A stretch of DNA of 24,000 nt. It comes from Bacteroidota bacterium. Lineage in GTDB: Bacteria; Bacteroidota; Bacteroidia; Palsa-948. The position numbers and the translations under genes were made by a program. This document shows positions 22,201 through 24,000 of the stretch, one piece after another. The stretch is taken from positions 26,229 to 50,228 of the forward strand of contig JAHEYK010000006.1 in NCBI GenBank assembly GCA_023251625.1. The letters run 5' to 3'. The notes beneath the pieces are model-generated. The model was not told where the DNA came from, made no database searches, and saw only the letters and a program-made list of their open reading frames with translations. The stretch's first letter is position 1. Each line of letters begins with the position of its first letter.

Positions 22201-24000
22201 CACACAAATAGTTTGATCATTGCCTGCATTCACCACAGGTTTTGGATTTACAAAGATGAAAACAGAATCTATATTTGTACATCCGGCTGAAGTAGTAACT
22301 GTAATGGTATAATGCGTAGACGTTGTCGGACTCGCAACCGGGTTTGAAATATTCGGATTGCTCAGCCCTGTTGAAGGAGTCCATAAATAAATTCCACTAC
22401 CTCCTGCACCCGTGCTGGTAAGTGTGACAGAGCTTCCGGCACAAATGGTGGAGTTCGGTCCTGCATTAATTACCGGAATGGGTTGAATAGTTACGTTCAA
22501 CGTGATGGGTCCGGCTGTACATCCGTTCTTGTTCGAAGAAACTACTGAGACAGTTCCATTTGGTCCCGCTCCCCAGTTCACGTTGATGGAATTTGTTCCC
22601 TGTCCTGAAGTGATTGCTCCGCCTGTAACAGACCAATTGAAAGAAACTCCGCTGTTGGCGAGCACACTGTACGTTCCTGAAGTATTCGGACAAACGGGAT
22701 TTGGTCCTGAGATACTGCTGGGTCCGGTGTACGGTAAAACCTGTATCGTGTAAACCACATTCGAAACTTTAGGCGGGCACCCGTTATCCGGCACCTGCAC
22801 GATGAAAATATAATTCCCGGTCTGCGAGCAGGACATATCCCAGCAAAAATTACTAGTCACACTGCCAAGCCCTGAGTTTGGATTGGGCGTTAGCGTTGCC
22901 GGAGGATTAGTAGGAGGCCCAAAAATATTTCCGGTGCCGGTAAAGAAAACACTGTCACCATTCGCATCCGTGAATGTGATCGGGAAACACAAGCTGTCCC
23001 CTTCCTGCGCTACGTAATTTGTCTGTGAAGTGGAAACAGAAAGCGTGGGAGATTTATTCGGAGGACAAGTAACCACAATGATCTGCATATCTAAACGTGT
23101 TACGCCAATCAATTGATTGTTGCGGTACTCTTTTAATTCTACCGCCACCACATAATTTCCGGTGTTGGGAGCCAGGTATTGAGATATCCCCGTGAATGCA
23201 TTTACAGAAGCATAGCCGCCTGCACCGAAAGGTTGTGTGGCGCTAAACCCAGCTCCATAGGTAACCAGCGGTATCGGAAATGTATATGGATTGGGCGGAG
23301 GAGGAGCAGGATTAGCTGCTGATGCGTAGCCGGTAAAAGGCTGGACCAATGTATAAATGACCGCATCTCCGTCGGGATCGATGGCGGTGTTAAGAATGCT
23401 GGCAGTATCATTCGCGCAGATGTACGGAACCGGAGGCAGTACAAAAGTAGGAGAGCTGTTGTTGATGTATGTAGGCGGGACAAAAGCATAGAAAGACATT
23501 CCCTCTGCTCCCGGATTTGCGAGGTTGATGATGTTCCCGTTTCGGCAGCAGCGTTCAAAGATGAGGTGGTAGCCACCATTGCTCGGAGGAAGTTCTATCT
23601 GCATGGTATAGATCCCTTCTTCGACACAAACAATGGGAGCCGTGGCGCAGTTGGAAGCCCCCGGCAGCGGCACCCAGCTTTGTGAAGCAAGCGGAACGGT
23701 AAAACTTGCCGCGAGAACTTTGTTCGGATTATTCGGATTTAAAAAATCCTGTGTGTAGGCTCCCAATGCAATGGTGGGATTCAATTGAGCCGTAGTGCAG
23801 GCATTTGACCCGCAGGGACCTATCACATCATCGCAGTACCGGTACATTTTTACCGTAACCTGATATTTATAATTTCCGGTAGCAATATTAAAACCAAGAT
23901 ACTGGTAGCCGGTCCAGCCACCCATGAGGTGTGTGGCCGAAGCGGAATTAAAAAGGAGAAAGGAAAAATTAAAAAGTAAAAATAAACGAACGGCTGTCAT
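19234..24000 (-). CDS. Giant T9SS type-B cargo / cell-surface adhesin-like protein (CHU/SprB-like repeat protein)
   Basis: 1588 aa. The start ATG falls on the last 3 nt of the window, and MTAVRLFLLFNFSFLLFNSASA is a signal peptide, so the gene is probably complete. N-terminal domain THLMGGWTGYQYLG…YKYQVTVKMYRYCD is typical of this family. One PKD-like domain, 12 tandem ~71-80-aa Ig-like repeats and one PKD domain (WSWNFGDGASS…HTF) follow. Type-B CTD: ANVFTPNSDGVNDCFRI…FNRWG…CWDG…EGTYYYIF. Confidence 0.9.
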   Translation of the reverse strand: MTAVRLFLLFNFSFLLFNSASATHLMGGWTGYQYLGFNIATGNYKYQVTVKMYRYCDDVIGPCGSNACTTAQLNPTIALGAYTQDFLNPNNPNKVLAASFTVPLASQSWVPLPGASNCATAPIVCVEEGIYTMQIELPPSNGGYHLIFERCCRNGNIINLANPGAEGMSFYAFVPPTYINNSSPTFVLPPVPYICANDTASILNTAIDPDGDAVIYTLVQPFTGYASAANPAPPPPNPYTFPIPLVTYGAGFSATQPFGAGGYASVNAFTGISQYLAPNTGNYVVAVELKEYRNNQLIGVTRLDMQIIVVTCPPNKSPTLSVSTSQTNYVAQEGDSLCFPITFTDANGDSVFFTGTGNIFGPPTNPPATLTPNPNSGLGSVTSNFCWDMSCSQTGNYIFIVQVPDNGCPPKVSNVVYTIQVLPYTGPSSISGPNPVCPNTSGTYSVLANSGVSFNWSVTGGAITSGQGTNSINVNWGAGPNGTVSVVSSNKNGCTAGPITLNVTIQPIPVINAGPNSTICAGSSVTLTSTGAGGSGIYLWTPSTGLSNPNISNPVASPTTSTHYTITVTTSAGCTNIDSVFIFVNPKPVVNAGNDQTICVGGSVTIGGSPTGPPGSTYSWSPAAGLNNTTVANPVASPTSTTTYTVTTSAATTCVNIDTVQVFVGPAPVANAGPDVTVCPGINTTLNGSGGTTYSWSPAASLSNPNISNPVASPTASTTYTLVVTLNNCTSTDMMTMTTLPMPAVSAGADKSICIGSSTTLNGVGAGTFSWSPSTGLSCTTCANPVANPTITTNYTLTITDANSCTNTDVIQVVVNALPLANAGPKPGWVCPGFSVTLSSSNGTTYSWAPAGTLSNPNISNPVSTPAASTTYTVNIVDANGCANWDTVTITSSPVVPTHAGNDISICIGQSATLGGNPTAPSNVTGYLWSPALGLNNTTIANPIATPPAAGTSTYIITTTSNTCTGKDTVTVKVNPLPNINAGPDLSVCLGNTTTLTASGGTIYVWSTNVTATSISVTPTFQSTYTVTGTDANGCSKADSAIVFVNALPVVSAGTDVSICSGNTATLTGSGGQTYSWNTGATTTTIVVTLTAQTSYTVTGTNASGCTNVDSVIVFINASPVVSAGPDVSVCTGNTATLTGSGAQTYNWSTGATTTTIFVSPTSQSTYTVTGTNASGCTNSDSAIVFVNSLPVVSAGADVSVCIGNAATLTGSGAQIYSWSPPGTLSNPNISNPVATTTSSTTYTLTATDANSCSNMDTVNVTVLALPVVTSTNDTAICAGDSVPLNASGGVGYTWAPASSLNNPTISNPVATPTISTTYTVNLTGANGCLNSDTIKVLVNPLPVIDAGVNTVLCPGDSVALTATGGISYVWTPSAGLSNPNISNPNATPTIVTTYSVTGTDVNGCKNIDSVNVSIGIIPTANFGYTLSLACDGMIAQFQDSSLNANAWSWNFGDGASSSQQNPVHTFPYNSNTAIILTAINPPCQDTVQKIIAIVNLSDYLSIQSANVFTPNSDGVNDCFRINTNGRFEGCADLTIFNRWGIPVFHSDYSGACWDGYTTAGIMVAEGTYYYIFDLKGIQLKGFITVLR
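19753..22482 (-). repeat. Twelve tandem coding repeats (~213-240 nt each) of an Ig-like module
   Basis: Recurrent pattern P-x-(V/A)-NAG/SAG-x-D-x-x-(I/V)-C-x-G-x-x-x-x-L-x-x-SGG-x-x-Y-x-W-(S/T)-P-x-x-x-LSNPNISNPVA-x-PT-x-(S/T)TTYTV-x-x-TDANGC-x-x-x-D-x-V-x-V-x-V-N-x-x-P. I counted it by eye 12 times between aa 507 and 1416. Confidence 0.8.
20341..21075 (-). repeat. Most recently amplified block: exact 213-nt periodicity, units about 75% identical at protein level
   Basis: TTTGTGCCCCGCTACCAGTGAGTGTTGC occurs identically at 20355-20382 and 20568-20595, and with one mismatch at 20781-20808, giving a spacing of exactly 213 nt. Units aa 1048-1118 and 1119-1189 differ at 17 of 71 positions in my hand alignment. 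Confidence 0.75.

Noticed and set aside
20057-22216. Plus-strand ORFs inside the adhesin gene (20057-20353, 20509-20829, 21011-21274, 21332-21568, 21626-22216)
   Set aside because: These are shadow ORFs antisense to a long repeat-rich CDS with few stop-generating codons. Their translations are low-complexity, with no start context or recognisable motifs.
19753-22482. CRISPR-like periodicity
   Set aside because: The period is 213-240 nt with degenerate units and no short repeat/unique-spacer alternation. The whole region is one open reading frame encoding Ig-like domains.

Overview
Bacteroidota chromosomal segment, assigned from gldM/gldN and T9SS type-B C-terminal sorting domains. All product names come from motifs I recognise by eye; no database search was possible. 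I call 17 protein-coding genes in four strand blocks. (1) + strand: the 3' end of the gldKLMN gliding/T9SS operon (gldM is cut by the window edge, gldN is complete). (2) - strand: two tandem ECF-sigma/membrane-partner modules, the second running by ATGA overlaps into uvrC. (3) + strand housekeeping: asd, mscL, a DUF3078-like outer-membrane protein, miaB and a sensor-less sigma-54 activator. (4) - strand: tsaB, an efflux adaptor, tolC, and two T9SS type-B cargo genes of 657 aa and 1588 aa. I saw no tRNA, rRNA or CRISPR array. The most unusual feature is in tsaB. It carries an in-frame ~440-nt cassette encoding a complete DUF559 (Vsr-like endonuclease) domain, bounded by GC-rich imperfect inverted repeats that each contain a hairpin. 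These ends translate as Pro/Gly/Glu linkers, and the architecture fits neither an intein nor an intron. Similar GC-rich hairpins lie 400 bp away in the convergent intergenic region, and a G-quadruplex-type G-rich insert sits in the sigma-54 activator linker. Second in interest is an anti-sigma-like membrane protein, translationally coupled to an ECF sigma, that ends in a PKD domain plus a T9SS type-B sorting domain. That suggests a secretion-coupled sigma switch.
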